From: an uncultured Candidatus Saccharibacteria bacterium
GTDB lineage: Bacteria; Patescibacteriota; Saccharimonadia; Saccharimonadales; JALRHH01
NCBI GenBank assembly: GCA_964639295.1
Contig: CAZXDT010000001.1
Location: forward strand, 52,784 to 116,783
DNA length: 64,000 bases
Direction: 5' to 3'
This document shows positions 9,745-21,721 of this stretch, one piece after another. A program made the position numbers and the translations under genes. Numbering within the stretch: the first letter of the stretch is position 1; the number at the start of each line of letters is the position of its first letter. The notes beneath the pieces were generated by a model. That model saw only the letters and a program-made list of their open reading frames with translations. It was not told the DNA's origin and did not search any database.

Positions 9745-9808
9745 ACCTCATCCACTAGGAGGAGCCATAAGCATAAGCACTTTGCGATAGCAAAGTGTTT
9801 TTGTCTTG
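9745..9808 (+). repeat. Dispersed repeat, copy 3 (..CCACTAGGAGGAGCCATAAGCATAAGCA plus hairpin CACTTTGC-GATA-GCAAAGTG and T-run)
   Basis: Same subtype B hairpin as copy 2. Confidence 0.7.
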
Positions 9809-9824
9809 ATGATAAAATACAGTC

Positions 9825-10313
9825 ATGGAATTATTCGACCTAGTAAATCAGAATGACGAAGTTATCGGTACTACTCATAAAGCAGAGGCACATGGCAAAA
9901 ACCTACTTCACAGAGTTGCTGCTGTATTCGTGTTCGATGGTGAAGGTAAACTTTACGTACAACTCCACAAGAAAAGTGGAAAATATGACCACTCAGTTGG
10001 GGGACATGTATCTCAAGGGGAGAATTATGACCAAGCCGCCAAGAGAGAGTCAGAAGAAGAGCTTGGAATTACACAGCCATTAGATTTCGTTTCAAGATTT
10101 TATTCTGACGAAGGTGATATGCGTCATATGTTTGGGATTTACGAATGTATAGCTGAAGATACCTGGAAATTTGTTCCTAATGATGAAGTAGAAGAAATTA
10201 CTCCTATGACAATTATGGCTATACGTAAAGACATGGAACAAAGACCAGAGCTATTCACAGGCGGATTTATTAACACCATGTCCGAATACTGCAGGGTTAA
10301 GCAAATAGTCTAG
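9825..10313 (+). CDS. NUDIX hydrolase
   Basis: Nudix box GGHVSQGENYDQAAKRESEEELGI (Gx5Ex7REUxEExGU). Confidence 0.7.
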   Translation: MELFDLVNQNDEVIGTTHKAEAHGKNLLHRVAAVFVFDGEGKLYVQLHKKSGKYDHSVGGHVSQGENYDQAAKRESEEELGITQPLDFVSRFYSDEGDMRHMFGIYECIAEDTWKFVPNDEVEEITPMTIMAIRKDMEQRPELFTGGFINTMSEYCRVKQIV

Positions 10314-10325
10314 ACTAAACCTGGA

Positions 10326-10377
10326 CTCGGAAGTCGATTACTAGGGCAAACTGAAAAACGCCTACTGGTCGTAGGCG
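10326..10377 (+). repeat. Degenerate copy 4 of the dispersed repeat (CTCGGAAGTCGATTACTAGGG) plus hairpin CGCCTAC-TGGTC-GTAGGCG
   Basis: Partial head match. The hairpin lies between convergent genes and has a T-run on the minus strand. Confidence 0.45.
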
Positions 10378-10847
10378 GCTTGGAGGGCGGCGATGTCGAT
10401 CTTTTTCATCTGTAGCATGACTGCCATTGCTTGACCTGACTTAACTTTGTCTGGGCCCATTAATAAGTCACCCATTTGTTTAGGAACAATTTGCCAACTA
10501 ATACCAAACTTATCCTTACACCAACCGCACTGTTCTGATTCTGGTACTGCCGACAACTTTTCCCAGTAGTAATCTACTTCTTCTTGTCCATCACAGTTCA
10601 CAATAAACGACACTGCTTCATTTGGTTTGAATATAGGGCCACCGTCTAAGCACACGAACTCATGACCATCTAAATCAATGACACCGTGTAAAATTTTGCC
10701 CTCAAAGCCCTTCATAGGACCCTCCGGGACTTCCTCCGGATATCGATCCATGGCTACTATTTTTGAATTCTTGAATACGCTAGCGTAGTAGTTCATTGCT
10801 TCTTCGGCATTGCGATCAAACCATAGCCCAGTAGAAATTTTTTGCAT
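10362..10847 (-). CDS. VOC-family (PhnB-like / 3-demethylubiquinone-9 3-methyltransferase-domain) protein
   Basis: MQKISTGLWFDRNAEEAMNYY..FGISWQIV signature of the PhnB-like VOC family. Confidence 0.65.
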   Translation of the reverse strand: MQKISTGLWFDRNAEEAMNYYASVFKNSKIVAMDRYPEEVPEGPMKGFEGKILHGVIDLDGHEFVCLDGGPIFKPNEAVSFIVNCDGQEEVDYYWEKLSAVPESEQCGWCKDKFGISWQIVPKQMGDLLMGPDKVKSGQAMAVMLQMKKIDIAALQAAYDQ

Positions 10848-10931
10848 ACAAATACTCCTATTTACTTGTTATTAGCTTAGCAAGCTTAATGAAACTATGT
10901 GCAATATTTATCACAGTAAGGACTGTGTCAC

Positions 10932-12500
10932 CTACCAGTGTTTTACAACTCGCCCAATAACTTGATCGATCTTAAGTGGGCCGTTCAGCCTGGAATCAAC
11001 AGAACCTGGTCGATTGTCACCGGCCACGAACACTTCATCTGACGCCAACTTAATGTCTATCAAGGCGTCTGAAGTATCTTTATGCATAGTTTTCTCCCAT
11101 CCAGAACCTTTATCAACCTTGAAGCCACGAACGTTATCTTCGTTATACACTGTCACAACGCCGTTGATAACAGTTACGCGTTCTCCTGGCAAACCGAGCA
11201 CACGCTTGACGATAATATGCTCGTTTTCTTGGATCTGCTCCGGGGAAACAAGGCCATACACCGCGTTAATTACGACTACATCACCACGATGCAGTGTCGG
11301 ACGTTCATGATTAAAATGGGCAATTGTCTGGGGTAGTCGATACACCAACATGGACTGTTTATCCTGGAAAGTTGAAGTCATACTTTCTCCATTCACATGG
11401 TAGATAGTGGCGACGTTGTTTTTCACCGTAAAATACAAGCCGATAACGAATAGAGGTATCAGCCAAAAAATACCGATGTACTTTAAGGTCGTCTTGTTTC
11501 GCCTAACCCACACAATAAACTTTTTGCTAAAAAACCGTTCCAGTGCGTAATCAACTCTTTCAAGCAAGATTTCAACATAGAGCGCTATACGTTGCCTGAA
11601 CGTATTCATTCTCAATAAACCATGGTAGACCAGCCTCCTATAATGTTGAACATATAGCTGCATACATCTATACGTCAGAATCAGCAACGTAATTACCAAG
11701 ATAATAGCAAAGATGAGTTTCGATACATTCCTACCAAGCCCAAAAGTACGATAGATGAGATTAAATAGACTATCGTTAAAGTTATCCGGAACTATTTGTT
11801 CATGTACAACTTGCTGCCCAGACTGATACTGTGAGACCCTTAGTAACTGTTGCCTTGGATATGAAACGTATCGCATATCAAACGGTAGTAATTTTGATGT
11901 ACTGTACGCAAGTTTACCTGAAACATAATAGTCAACTTTATTTAACGAGTCATAGTCAGGACTGGCGGGGATACCGACGAGTAGCGAGGCCTTGTCCCTA
12001 AGTGTTGTAGGTGCCTTAATATAGGCTTTTTCACTCCCTTGAACTAATTCACATTCAACTTTAGGCACACAGACCGGGTTCTCTGGATCGAGTAGTAATA
12101 CTGCTGGTCGGTTGGCATTTGGTACATTTGTAAGTTTGGGTGAAATAAGTTCCAGGACGACTCGACCATCACTGGGTATTATGGTCCCAACCTTGGTCCA
12201 GGTATCACCGTTTAGAACAGTAGAACCAATGATCCGACAACCACCTTCAAGTGATTCATTAACCTGATTAATCCTGACCTGCAACGATTGGCCACGAGTT
12301 CCTAGCTTGGCATACACATTTTTTGCGGTACTAATGTCTAGTATTGCAGTGTATGAGCCGTCAACACTCTCGCTACATCCGGTAGTAAAATTAAACTCTT
12401 TTGAATCTGCAAATGCAGTCCCGCAATGACTGATTATTAGTACTAACGCTAAAACTAATAAGGAGATAAAGCTCGAAAGCTGTGTTCTGATTCTTATCAC
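10932..12500 (-). CDS. lepB: Signal peptidase I with a large N-terminal extracytoplasmic extension
   Basis: SPase I boxes present: GESM (catalytic Ser), VKRVLGLPGE, GDNRPGSVDSR. N-terminal signal peptide, ~220-aa domain, then 2 TM segments before the catalytic domain. Confidence 0.75.
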   Translation of the reverse strand: MIRIRTQLSSFISLLVLALVLIISHCGTAFADSKEFNFTTGCSESVDGSYTAILDISTAKNVYAKLGTRGQSLQVRINQVNESLEGGCRIIGSTVLNGDTWTKVGTIIPSDGRVVLELISPKLTNVPNANRPAVLLLDPENPVCVPKVECELVQGSEKAYIKAPTTLRDKASLLVGIPASPDYDSLNKVDYYVSGKLAYSTSKLLPFDMRYVSYPRQQLLRVSQYQSGQQVVHEQIVPDNFNDSLFNLIYRTFGLGRNVSKLIFAIILVITLLILTYRCMQLYVQHYRRLVYHGLLRMNTFRQRIALYVEILLERVDYALERFFSKKFIVWVRRNKTTLKYIGIFWLIPLFVIGLYFTVKNNVATIYHVNGESMTSTFQDKQSMLVYRLPQTIAHFNHERPTLHRGDVVVINAVYGLVSPEQIQENEHIIVKRVLGLPGERVTVINGVVTVYNEDNVRGFKVDKGSGWEKTMHKDTSDALIDIKLASDEVFVAGDNRPGSVDSRLNGPLKIDQVIGRVVKHW

Positions 12501-12514
12501 GGGGTAGTCACATT

Positions 12515-12568
12515 ATTAACAAAATAGGGTGATCGTGATACGGTCACCCTATTTATTATTTTAATTCT
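12515..12568 (-). terminator. Intrinsic terminator for the 12569-13045 gene
   Basis: Minus strand reads hairpin GGGTGA..TCACCC followed by TATTTTGTT. Confidence 0.5.
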
Positions 12569-13045
12569 TTATTCTGTTGTAAGCTTCCAGCTAGTACGGT
12601 GGCCGTTCTTTTCACCACTCACAACTACACCAACATCATGTGGATAGTATATCGGACCTGCGTAGTAGCGATATGTTTTAGGCCCGTCAGTATCGTAAGT
12701 TGTCCACATCTGACCATCCCTACCTGAAGATCTACCGGCTCCAACATACAAGGTTGAAGCAGCACCCCAATTGTCGTTTATTGTCAGTGCACAACCACGA
12801 CCTGCGGCGTTCTTGTAGTTATACAGCTTAAAGCCATAACCGTCTTGAGTGTGTTTTAGGTTATAGCCTGAGCCACAAATTGACGAGTAAGCTCCTGCAG
12901 CATCCGCCTTAAGCTTGCCTTCGTTCTGGCCTTTGTTTTTATTCAGAACGAGAAGCCCCGCTCCTGCAGCTACAACAGCAACAGCGACTACTGCTATGAG
13001 GGCAACGTGAGCGATACCTTGCTCAGATTTAATCCTAAGTTTCAT
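12569..13045 (-). CDS. Secreted hypothetical protein (2 Cys)
   Basis: N-terminal Ala/Val-rich signal/anchor; no recognisable motif. Confidence 0.45.
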   Translation of the reverse strand: MKLRIKSEQGIAHVALIAVVAVAVVAAGAGLLVLNKNKGQNEGKLKADAAGAYSSICGSGYNLKHTQDGYGFKLYNYKNAAGRGCALTINDNWGAASTLYVGAGRSSGRDGQMWTTYDTDGPKTYRYYAGPIYYPHDVGVVVSGEKNGHRTSWKLTTE

Positions 13046-13186
13046 ATTCTTTTTCCTTCTTTATTGTTAGAAATATAACTCAGGGCAATTATACCAACTA
13101 TTCATAAGCATAATCAAACTTCAAACTCTAAACTGTGGATAAGTAATCCTATCCACTATGAGGAATGTAGTAAAAGAAGACATCGA

Positions 13187-14155
13187 CTATTTAACAAAGG
13201 TTCCGGTTGTAGCAAGAGTAATTTGCTTGAAGAGGGTTGCACCCAGAGACATATCATAGCCAGCTGAGCGAGATTTGCTAAATATTACGAGCACATACGG
13301 ACGCTTGCCGTCATCAATAATCGCCGCATCATGAACACGGTCCGCAAGGTAGCCAGGTTTGTGGTACACCTTGATGCCAGCTGAAATGGTATTGGTGATA
13401 AATTCTACTTCTTTAGCCTGAGCCATATAGGAGAGTAGGAGGTCCGTATGTTCTTTATTGATTAGTTTATGTTGGTATAGATCACTGAGCAAAGTCGCTA
13501 CGCTTGCTGGGGTAATGGTATTTGTATCGGGATTATAGTTAGCGATCCCAATAGAGTTTGCGTATTGTGCGAGCTCAGCATGGCTCATAACGCCATTATT
13601 GAAGTCATTCCAGGCTTCGTTGTCACTATCGATAATCATCGCTTTAAGGGCATCCTGCGCAGTTCGTGTACCGACTGATTGTGCAAGTGTGGCTTTGCCT
13701 TGCTCAACATCGTGTAAATACGCAATTGCCGTTAGAAGCTTGGCTGTACTAGCGGCCACGAACGGATTCTGCACGCCATATGTTTGGCTATCGCCCGTCT
13801 TGATATCAATTATCGCAACACCTATATCCATATAAGGGTATTTTTGTATTTCCGCATTAATAGCTGTGTTCATTGAAGTGAAATCGAGCTTCTGTACAAC
13901 CTCTGGCTTAGGAGTGGCTGCCTGAACCTCACTCGTGTTCACGCCTTGAACAGAACCACCTTTGTGACCAGGGAGTCCAAAGATAAATCCTGCTGCCGTA
14001 AGTAGTCCTACCATGACGAACAGTGCCGGAAGTTTACTATGGCGAGTGACAGGCTGCTGCCTTTGTGCAACACCATGTGCACGGTTAGGATAACTTACCG
14101 TACGGACGATTTGAGGCTGCTGTGGTTGTTTCTTTTGTGAATTAAATAAAAACAT
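13187..14155 (-). CDS. Serine hydrolase, class A beta-lactamase / DD-peptidase-like
   Basis: ASTAKLL (SxxK), SDN motif (IIDSDNEAWN), membrane-anchored N-terminus. Confidence 0.65.
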   Translation of the reverse strand: MFLFNSQKKQPQQPQIVRTVSYPNRAHGVAQRQQPVTRHSKLPALFVMVGLLTAAGFIFGLPGHKGGSVQGVNTSEVQAATPKPEVVQKLDFTSMNTAINAEIQKYPYMDIGVAIIDIKTGDSQTYGVQNPFVAASTAKLLTAIAYLHDVEQGKATLAQSVGTRTAQDALKAMIIDSDNEAWNDFNNGVMSHAELAQYANSIGIANYNPDTNTITPASVATLLSDLYQHKLINKEHTDLLLSYMAQAKEVEFITNTISAGIKVYHKPGYLADRVHDAAIIDDGKRPYVLVIFSKSRSAGYDMSLGATLFKQITLATTGTFVK

Positions 14156-14497
14156 AATTATGATGGACGAACCATTCTATTGTACTGTATCTCCCTTATG
14201 GTTGCGAGTGGGTTTATTACCCCTATACGGTAAGATTTCTCATTGAGAGGAACCTGAATGAGGCCTAGTCTGCAAACATACTTAAGCGGGGGGTAGTATG
14301 AAAAAGACGTATCAAAACGTAGACAATGACAAGAAGGTGAAGAGACAATCAACACCTACCACTTGGGACAAATTCTTGTTGTATTAAACCTGAGATTACC
14401 TTGAGTTTGTGATAAATTTCACTGCTTGGTACAAACAACTCGAATACGATGATAGTGCAACCAACGTAAAGGCAAAGGGACAAAGGAATGAAGAAAA

Positions 14498-14647
14498 CCA
14501 ATGTACTCAAAAACCTAAGCGTGCGTGACGCCATGAGTTTCACGGACCTCTTTGAGGAGATCTCCAGTGACTGGGAACTCAAGGCAGAGCGCTTGCAAAA
14601 TCGCAGGTGGAGGGAGCTGAAGCGTAAGCTCTATTGAAGCTTGGTAC
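14498..14647 (+). CDS. Candidate unannotated small ORF (49 aa, MKKTNVLKNLSVRDAMSFTDLFEEISSDWELKAERLQNRRWRELKRKLY)
   Basis: Below the ORF-track size cut-off. AGGAA just upstream; followed by the hairpin/T7 terminator at 14661-14691. A second MKKT..LY ORF (29 aa) lies at 14297-14386. Confidence 0.25.
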
Positions 14648-14660
14648 TAAAACAACAAAA

Positions 14661-14691
14661 CCGTCCGAGTTGCCACTCAGGCGGTTTTTTT
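14661..14691. terminator. Bidirectional intrinsic terminator (hairpin with T7 on the plus strand and TTTTGTTGTTTT on the minus strand)
   Basis: CCGTCCGAGT-TGCC-ACTCAGGCGG stem with two bulges, then TTTTTTT. Overlaps the crp stop codon. Confidence 0.55.
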
Positions 14692-15397
14692 AAGACTTAC
14701 GTTTGCCGGACTTCAGCGCAAGGTTACCCATACCGTATTCTTCGTCCAAAAGTTCGTTTAACCTATCGGTGCGAATAATATAATTCTGACGTTTGTACGT
14801 TAGCACGCCTTTACGTTGTAGCTTCTTAAGCTCAATACCTGTTGTTTCACGTGTTAGCCCCATGAAGTTGGCAAGATCTTGCTGGGTAAACGGAATCTCA
14901 ATCCTGACCATGTCTTTTTTAATATCGCTACCGAAGCTAAGACATAGGAAATGGATAGTATTGAGTACCTTGGCAGCAGCTTTAGACTGTTCAAGTGCGT
15001 TGACTCGTAACTGGTATAACGCATATTTCGACATGAAGCTCTCAAATACACCCATTAAACGTGATGTGTCCTTGGAGATATATGCCTTGTAGTCCTCACG
15101 GGGGACACAATAGACCTCACACTTAGTGAAAGCCTCGTGGTAATATGAGATTCGAGTGACTTGGCCAAACACCCAAGCGAGTGGGAAAATGTCTCCCGGA
15201 GCATCAAAGCCGATTGGCTTTTCTTCACCCTGGGAAGTCAGATTATAGGTCTTAACTATGCCTTTCTTCAATATATACACGCAGTCAGGGGTCTCACCCT
15301 GCACCAGTATTAACTCACCCTTATCGAACTTTCGGGTACGGTATTTTTGCAAAAAGAGACGGAATGGATCAATCCTAATAGGCACGTGTGCCACCAC
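14690..15397 (-). CDS. Crp/Fnr family transcriptional regulator
   Basis: cNMP-binding domain plus C-terminal HTH (FMGLTRETTGIELKKL). GTG start with AAGAAGG RBS. Confidence 0.8.
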   Translation of the reverse strand: MVAHVPIRIDPFRLFLQKYRTRKFDKGELILVQGETPDCVYILKKGIVKTYNLTSQGEEKPIGFDAPGDIFPLAWVFGQVTRISYYHEAFTKCEVYCVPREDYKAYISKDTSRLMGVFESFMSKYALYQLRVNALEQSKAAAKVLNTIHFLCLSFGSDIKKDMVRIEIPFTQQDLANFMGLTRETTGIELKKLQRKGVLTYKRQNYIIRTDRLNELLDEEYGMGNLALKSGKRKS

Positions 15398-15420
15398 CTT
15401 CTTGTAAATTACTGTTTAAA

Positions 15421-15957
15421 CTATCCGGCAACTGGAGGCTTGGGCGCAACTACTTTACCCTTGTAGGAATCTTTTATCTGGAAGAGTAAGTAGAAACCAA
15501 GTGCAGAGCCGACAAGACCCATTATAAAGCTTCCGAACCCACGTCCGCTAATAAATACAGCCACTACGGAGTAAACAACATTTAGGACAGAGCCAAGGAA
15601 AAGTAAATCCCAACCACGCCTTTGGAGTTTCTGAAGTGGTGAGAATGCCATTAGAAGAATAACGCCATCAAGTACCAAAGTTGCAATACCGAGGTAGATA
15701 ACTGTCTTATCAAAAGCACTGTAACCAACTGATGAGCCACCATAATACTGTGATAGCTGGTTAGTGAGGTCAATGAGCGGTTGAGTGGCGTCAAGCAGGC
15801 GCCATAATGCCCACGCTGCAGCCAATTGTAGGATACCAAATATCAGTGCAAGCCACGGCCAGACTGCCACTAAGTTCTTTTTAGCATTTGCAGGTAGAGA
15901 CGGTGCGTCTTTGAATACACCTTCTAATGATTTTTCGAGCTTTTTAACGAGTTCCAT
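15421..15957 (-). CDS. Integral membrane protein (4 TM), function unknown
   Basis: Hydrophobic segments only. Confidence 0.45.
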   Translation of the reverse strand: MELVKKLEKSLEGVFKDAPSLPANAKKNLVAVWPWLALIFGILQLAAAWALWRLLDATQPLIDLTNQLSQYYGGSSVGYSAFDKTVIYLGIATLVLDGVILLMAFSPLQKLQRRGWDLLFLGSVLNVVYSVVAVFISGRGFGSFIMGLVGSALGFYLLFQIKDSYKGKVVAPKPPVAG

Positions 15958-16084
15958 GTCACATACTCCTCATTTAATCTAAGTATCAGCTTAGTCCTGC
16001 ACAGAGAGAGTTGCAAGTCCTTTATGCTAGTACTCAGATAAACTACAGGTTAGAAACTTCAATATTAGGTACAATAAGGGTAAT

Positions 16085-19000
16085 GGATTTTGATATGGCC
16101 TATAAAGAGTTAAACGATGCGCAGCGGCAAGCAGTCGATACAATTGACGGGCCATTACTGGTTATTGCCGGGCCTGGAACAGGCAAGACACAACTACTGA
16201 GTGCCCGTGTTGCCAATATACTGACAAAAACTGATGTCAGCCCAAGTAACATCCTGTGTCTGACCTTTACTGAGTCTGGTGCACAAAACATGCGCGACCG
16301 ATTGCGTAGTCTAATTGGCGACAGCGCTTATGATGTAGCAATCAGTACCTACCACAGTTTTGGTAGCGACATTATCAAGAACTACAGTGAATATTTCCAG
16401 CATATTGGAATTGATCGATCAGATGACGTCCGCATGGAGCGGCCCGTTGATGAACTGACACAAATCCAAATTGTAGAACATATTCTTGGCAAATTGCCAT
16501 TTGATAGCCCACTGCTCAGTGCGAGATATTATGTAAAAAGTGTTGTGAGCACCATCAGTGACCTTAAGCAGCATCTCCTCACGCCTGATTCGTTACGGGA
16601 ATTGGCGACAAGCAACCTTGCACAAATAGACCAAGCCCAGCCAGTTATAGATGATATCGTAAACAGTGTTGGCGGCATATCACGAAAAAAGGCAGAGAAG
16701 CTGCAGCAGTATCAGCAATTACTTGATCAACTGTCCGTACTTAGTGGTGATCTTATAGAACAAGCAGCTGCAGACTTACAGAAGGCACACGACAAGGCGG
16801 CGGAACAAAACTCCCCAACACCACTCACTAAGTGGAAGAATGACTGGCTCCACAAAAATGACCAAGATCAGTTTGTGCTGACCGATCCGCTCCGCAGCCA
16901 AAAGATGCTCGAACTGGCTAATATTTACCAAGCATACGAACAGGCACTCAAGGCCAAGGCTTCTTACGACTTTGACGACATGATTCTCCGGGCAATTGAT
17001 GGCCTACAGAAAAACGACGAACTTCGCTTCAATCTCCAGGAACGATACCAATATATTTTGCTCGATGAGTTCCAGGACACCAACCCATCTCAATTTGAGC
17101 TAGTTAAACGCATTGCTGATCACCCCGTACATGAAGGTCGGCCTAACATAATGGCGGTAGGTGATGACGACCAGGCTATTTTTGCATTCCAGGGTGCAAA
17201 CGTTGGCAATATGAAGGATTTTATCGCGAGTTTCCGCGAAGTCGGCATTATAAACCTGACTAAAAACTACCGTTCGCACGCTGACATATTGCATGTCGCA
17301 CATAATATAGCCGGCCAAATAGAGGACCGACTCCATACACAGCTACAAGACATCGATAAAGTACTGGAAGCCAGCGCTACTGATTTGCCAAAGAGCGCAC
17401 TAGTTAGTCGACATGAATTTGCGGCAGAAGCCAGTGAGTACTCATGGGTTGCACAGAAGATTACACAACTCATTGGGGACGGAGCAGACCCTTCAGATAT
17501 TGCAGTACTTGCCCCTAAACACCGACTACTTGAGAATATTGTCCCGTTCCTTAAACAATCAGATGTGGCGGTATCGTATGAAAAGCGCGAAAACATCCTA
17601 GAAACCGAAATTGTTCAGGGACTACGACTTGCTGCTCAGCTATTGGATGCATTGGCATCTGGTCAAACGGCATTAGCTAATCAGTACTTTCCGCTTGTTC
17701 TCAGTCTGCCGTATTGGCAGATTCAACCACAAGATATTTGGAAGATAAATTGGCAATTTGCCAAGAGAGACGAGACGCGGCCCTGGGCAGAAATCGCACT
17801 GGAATCACCGGCACTGAAACATGCCGTAACGTTCTACTTGGCGCTCAGCAGCACAGCAGCTATTGAGCCACTGGAAATCACACTTGATAAATTAGCTGGT
17901 AGTTTGCCGGTAGAACAGGGGAGCTTTAAAGAAACAGCGCCACTTAAGAACTTTTATTTTGAGACCAGCAAGCGCACCTCAGATGCGCTCAAATATTACG
18001 AGGCGATATCACACCTCAGTGTTATTCGTGCCCGTTTGCGTGAGTACCAAGCTGCGACTGATCGTCAGTTGCGTCTGGAAGATTTCTTGGACTTCTTTGT
18101 GATGTACGAGGCGGCAGAGGCTTCGCTTATTAACTCGCATCCTGTTGCCCAGAGTGCTCACGCCGTACAGCTTATGACTGCTTACAAGGCTAAAGGACTA
18201 GAGTTTAACCATGTGTTTATCCTGCAAGCTCACGACGATGTCTGGGGCAGTGCCAGTACTGGTGGCGGCAACAAACTCAGTCTACCGGCTAACCTTAGCT
18301 ATATTCGCTATACAAACTCCACCAATGACGAGCGACTCAGAGTATTCTTTGTAGCCCTTACTCGTGCAAAACATGGTCTCTATATCACTTCACACGCTAC
18401 AAAAGATAGTGGCAAAGCTACCACACCACTGAAATACCTTGCAGAAGCAGAGGGAGTATCTGCGCACCTGCCGCAGCACGCACAGGTAATTCAGACTCAA
18501 GATGTGAAGCCTCAGCAACTTGCTCAAGATATAGAAACACTGTGGCAAGCGGGCCAAGTGAGCCTTCCTGCTGACTTCCGCAGCTTGCTTGCTGACGGGC
18601 TTAAACGGTACCAAATGAGCCCGACTCATCTCAATACATTCTTAGATGTTGAGCGTAACGGTCCGGAGGCATTCCTCGTCCAAACCTTACTCCGCTTCCC
18701 ACAAGCGCCATCTGCTAGTGGCGAATATGGAACCGCTGTCCACAATAGTCTTGAGTGGTACCAAAATCAGCTTAATGCAGATAAACAACCCTCAACTGCA
18801 CAGCTAATCAAACAGTTCAACTACGAGCTAGACAATCGCTACATGACAGATGGCGATCGTGACCATTCACGCTCCAAAGGCCATATTGCACTGCAGCAAT
18901 ATGTCGCCAGTCGTGCAGAGATGTTTAAGAGGACGGCTAAAGCAGAAGTTAACTTCTATAGCGAAGGAGTACTCTTAGGTGATGCACACTTGAGTGGCAA

Positions 19001-19394
19001 AATTGACCGTCTTGAAATTGATGAGCAAGCCAAAACCGTACGTATTGTGGATTATAAAACTGGCGCACCGCTTACCAAATGGGGCGGTAGCGTTAAGGCA
19101 CTTAAATACAAGCAACAACTCTACTTCTACAAGTTCCTTATAGAGGGCAGTAATACCTGGAAGGGATATACCGTTAAGGAAGCTCGACTCGAGTTTATTG
19201 AACCCAACAAGCTTATCGACGGCAGCATCCAGCCACCACTTTCTATTACTTTTGATACTACAGAAGAAGCACACATGAAACAGCTCATTAAGGTTGTTTG
19301 GGATAAGATCCAGGCCCTCGACCTGCCAGATATTAGCAGTTATTCAAAAGACCTGAAAGGTATTCAGGCCTTTGAAAACGACTTATTGACATAG
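16085..19394 (+). CDS. UvrD/PcrA-type helicase fused to a C-terminal PD-(D/E)xK (RecB-family) nuclease; AddA-like
   Basis: Walker A AGPGTGKTQ, helicase motifs (DEFQDTN, VGDDDQAIF), C-terminal nuclease motif IVDYKTGAP. 1100+ aa. Confidence 0.8.
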
Positions 19395-19417
19395 GGTGTA
19401 TGTAGAACTAATGTCAA

Positions 19418-19840
19418 CTAGCGATTTTTGTGACGTCTTAATCCAGCTACCTTGAGGCGTACGGCCGAACGGTCGATCATCGCTTGGGCCTTATCAAGTT
19501 CGACTTGATCTTTGGCTTCTGCTTTTTGTTTCTTGGCGAGTTCTAGTGCCTTTTCAGCCTCGGCAGCTACGATTTCATCTGGGCTGTCGGCATCGTCTAC
19601 AAGTATGCGTAATTTAGTAGTGTCGATTTCTACCACACCACCATTAATAGCAAAGTATTCAAGAGATTGGTCATTATCACTCTTGTTGCGACGAACCGTA
19701 AGTACACCAGGAACAGCAATAGTCACGAGTGGCTCATGGCCCGGATAGACCGCAATCTCACCAGAAGAAGTAGGCAAGACGACTTCATACACATCGTCAT
19801 CCATCTTTAAACCGGTAAGGGTGATGAGCTGTAGTTTCAT
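19418..19840 (-). CDS. atpC: F-type ATP synthase epsilon subunit
   Basis: MKLQLITLTG..SSGEIAVYPGHEPL, typical epsilon. Start ATG overlaps the stop of the 61-aa ORF (ATGA). Confidence 0.85.
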   Translation of the reverse strand: MKLQLITLTGLKMDDDVYEVVLPTSSGEIAVYPGHEPLVTIAVPGVLTVRRNKSDNDQSLEYFAINGGVVEIDTTKLRILVDDADSPDEIVAAEAEKALELAKKQKAEAKDQVELDKAQAMIDRSAVRLKVAGLRRHKNR

Positions 19841-20021
19841 GTTAATTCGCTCGCGTCTACGGCTATACAACCGACCAGGTTTTGTACTGCTTCTATACTC
19901 GTTTGCTCAATCATGCCATTAATATCAAGAAGGGTCTCAAATGTTGCAAGTTCGGGAGCGGGAGCTTGTTCTACCCTCATAGGGTAAGCCTCAAATACAA
20001 GTGTCTGAGTTTTAGCTACCA

Positions 20022-20022
<1 letters not shown>
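19837..20022 (-). CDS. Small ORF (61 aa) filling the atpD-atpC gap, translationally coupled at both ends
   Basis: Start ATG overlaps the atpD stop (TAATG). Stop TGA overlaps the atpC ATG (ATGA). No homology recognised. Confidence 0.35.
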
Positions 20023-21720
<1,698 letters not shown>

Positions 21721-21721
<1 letters not shown>

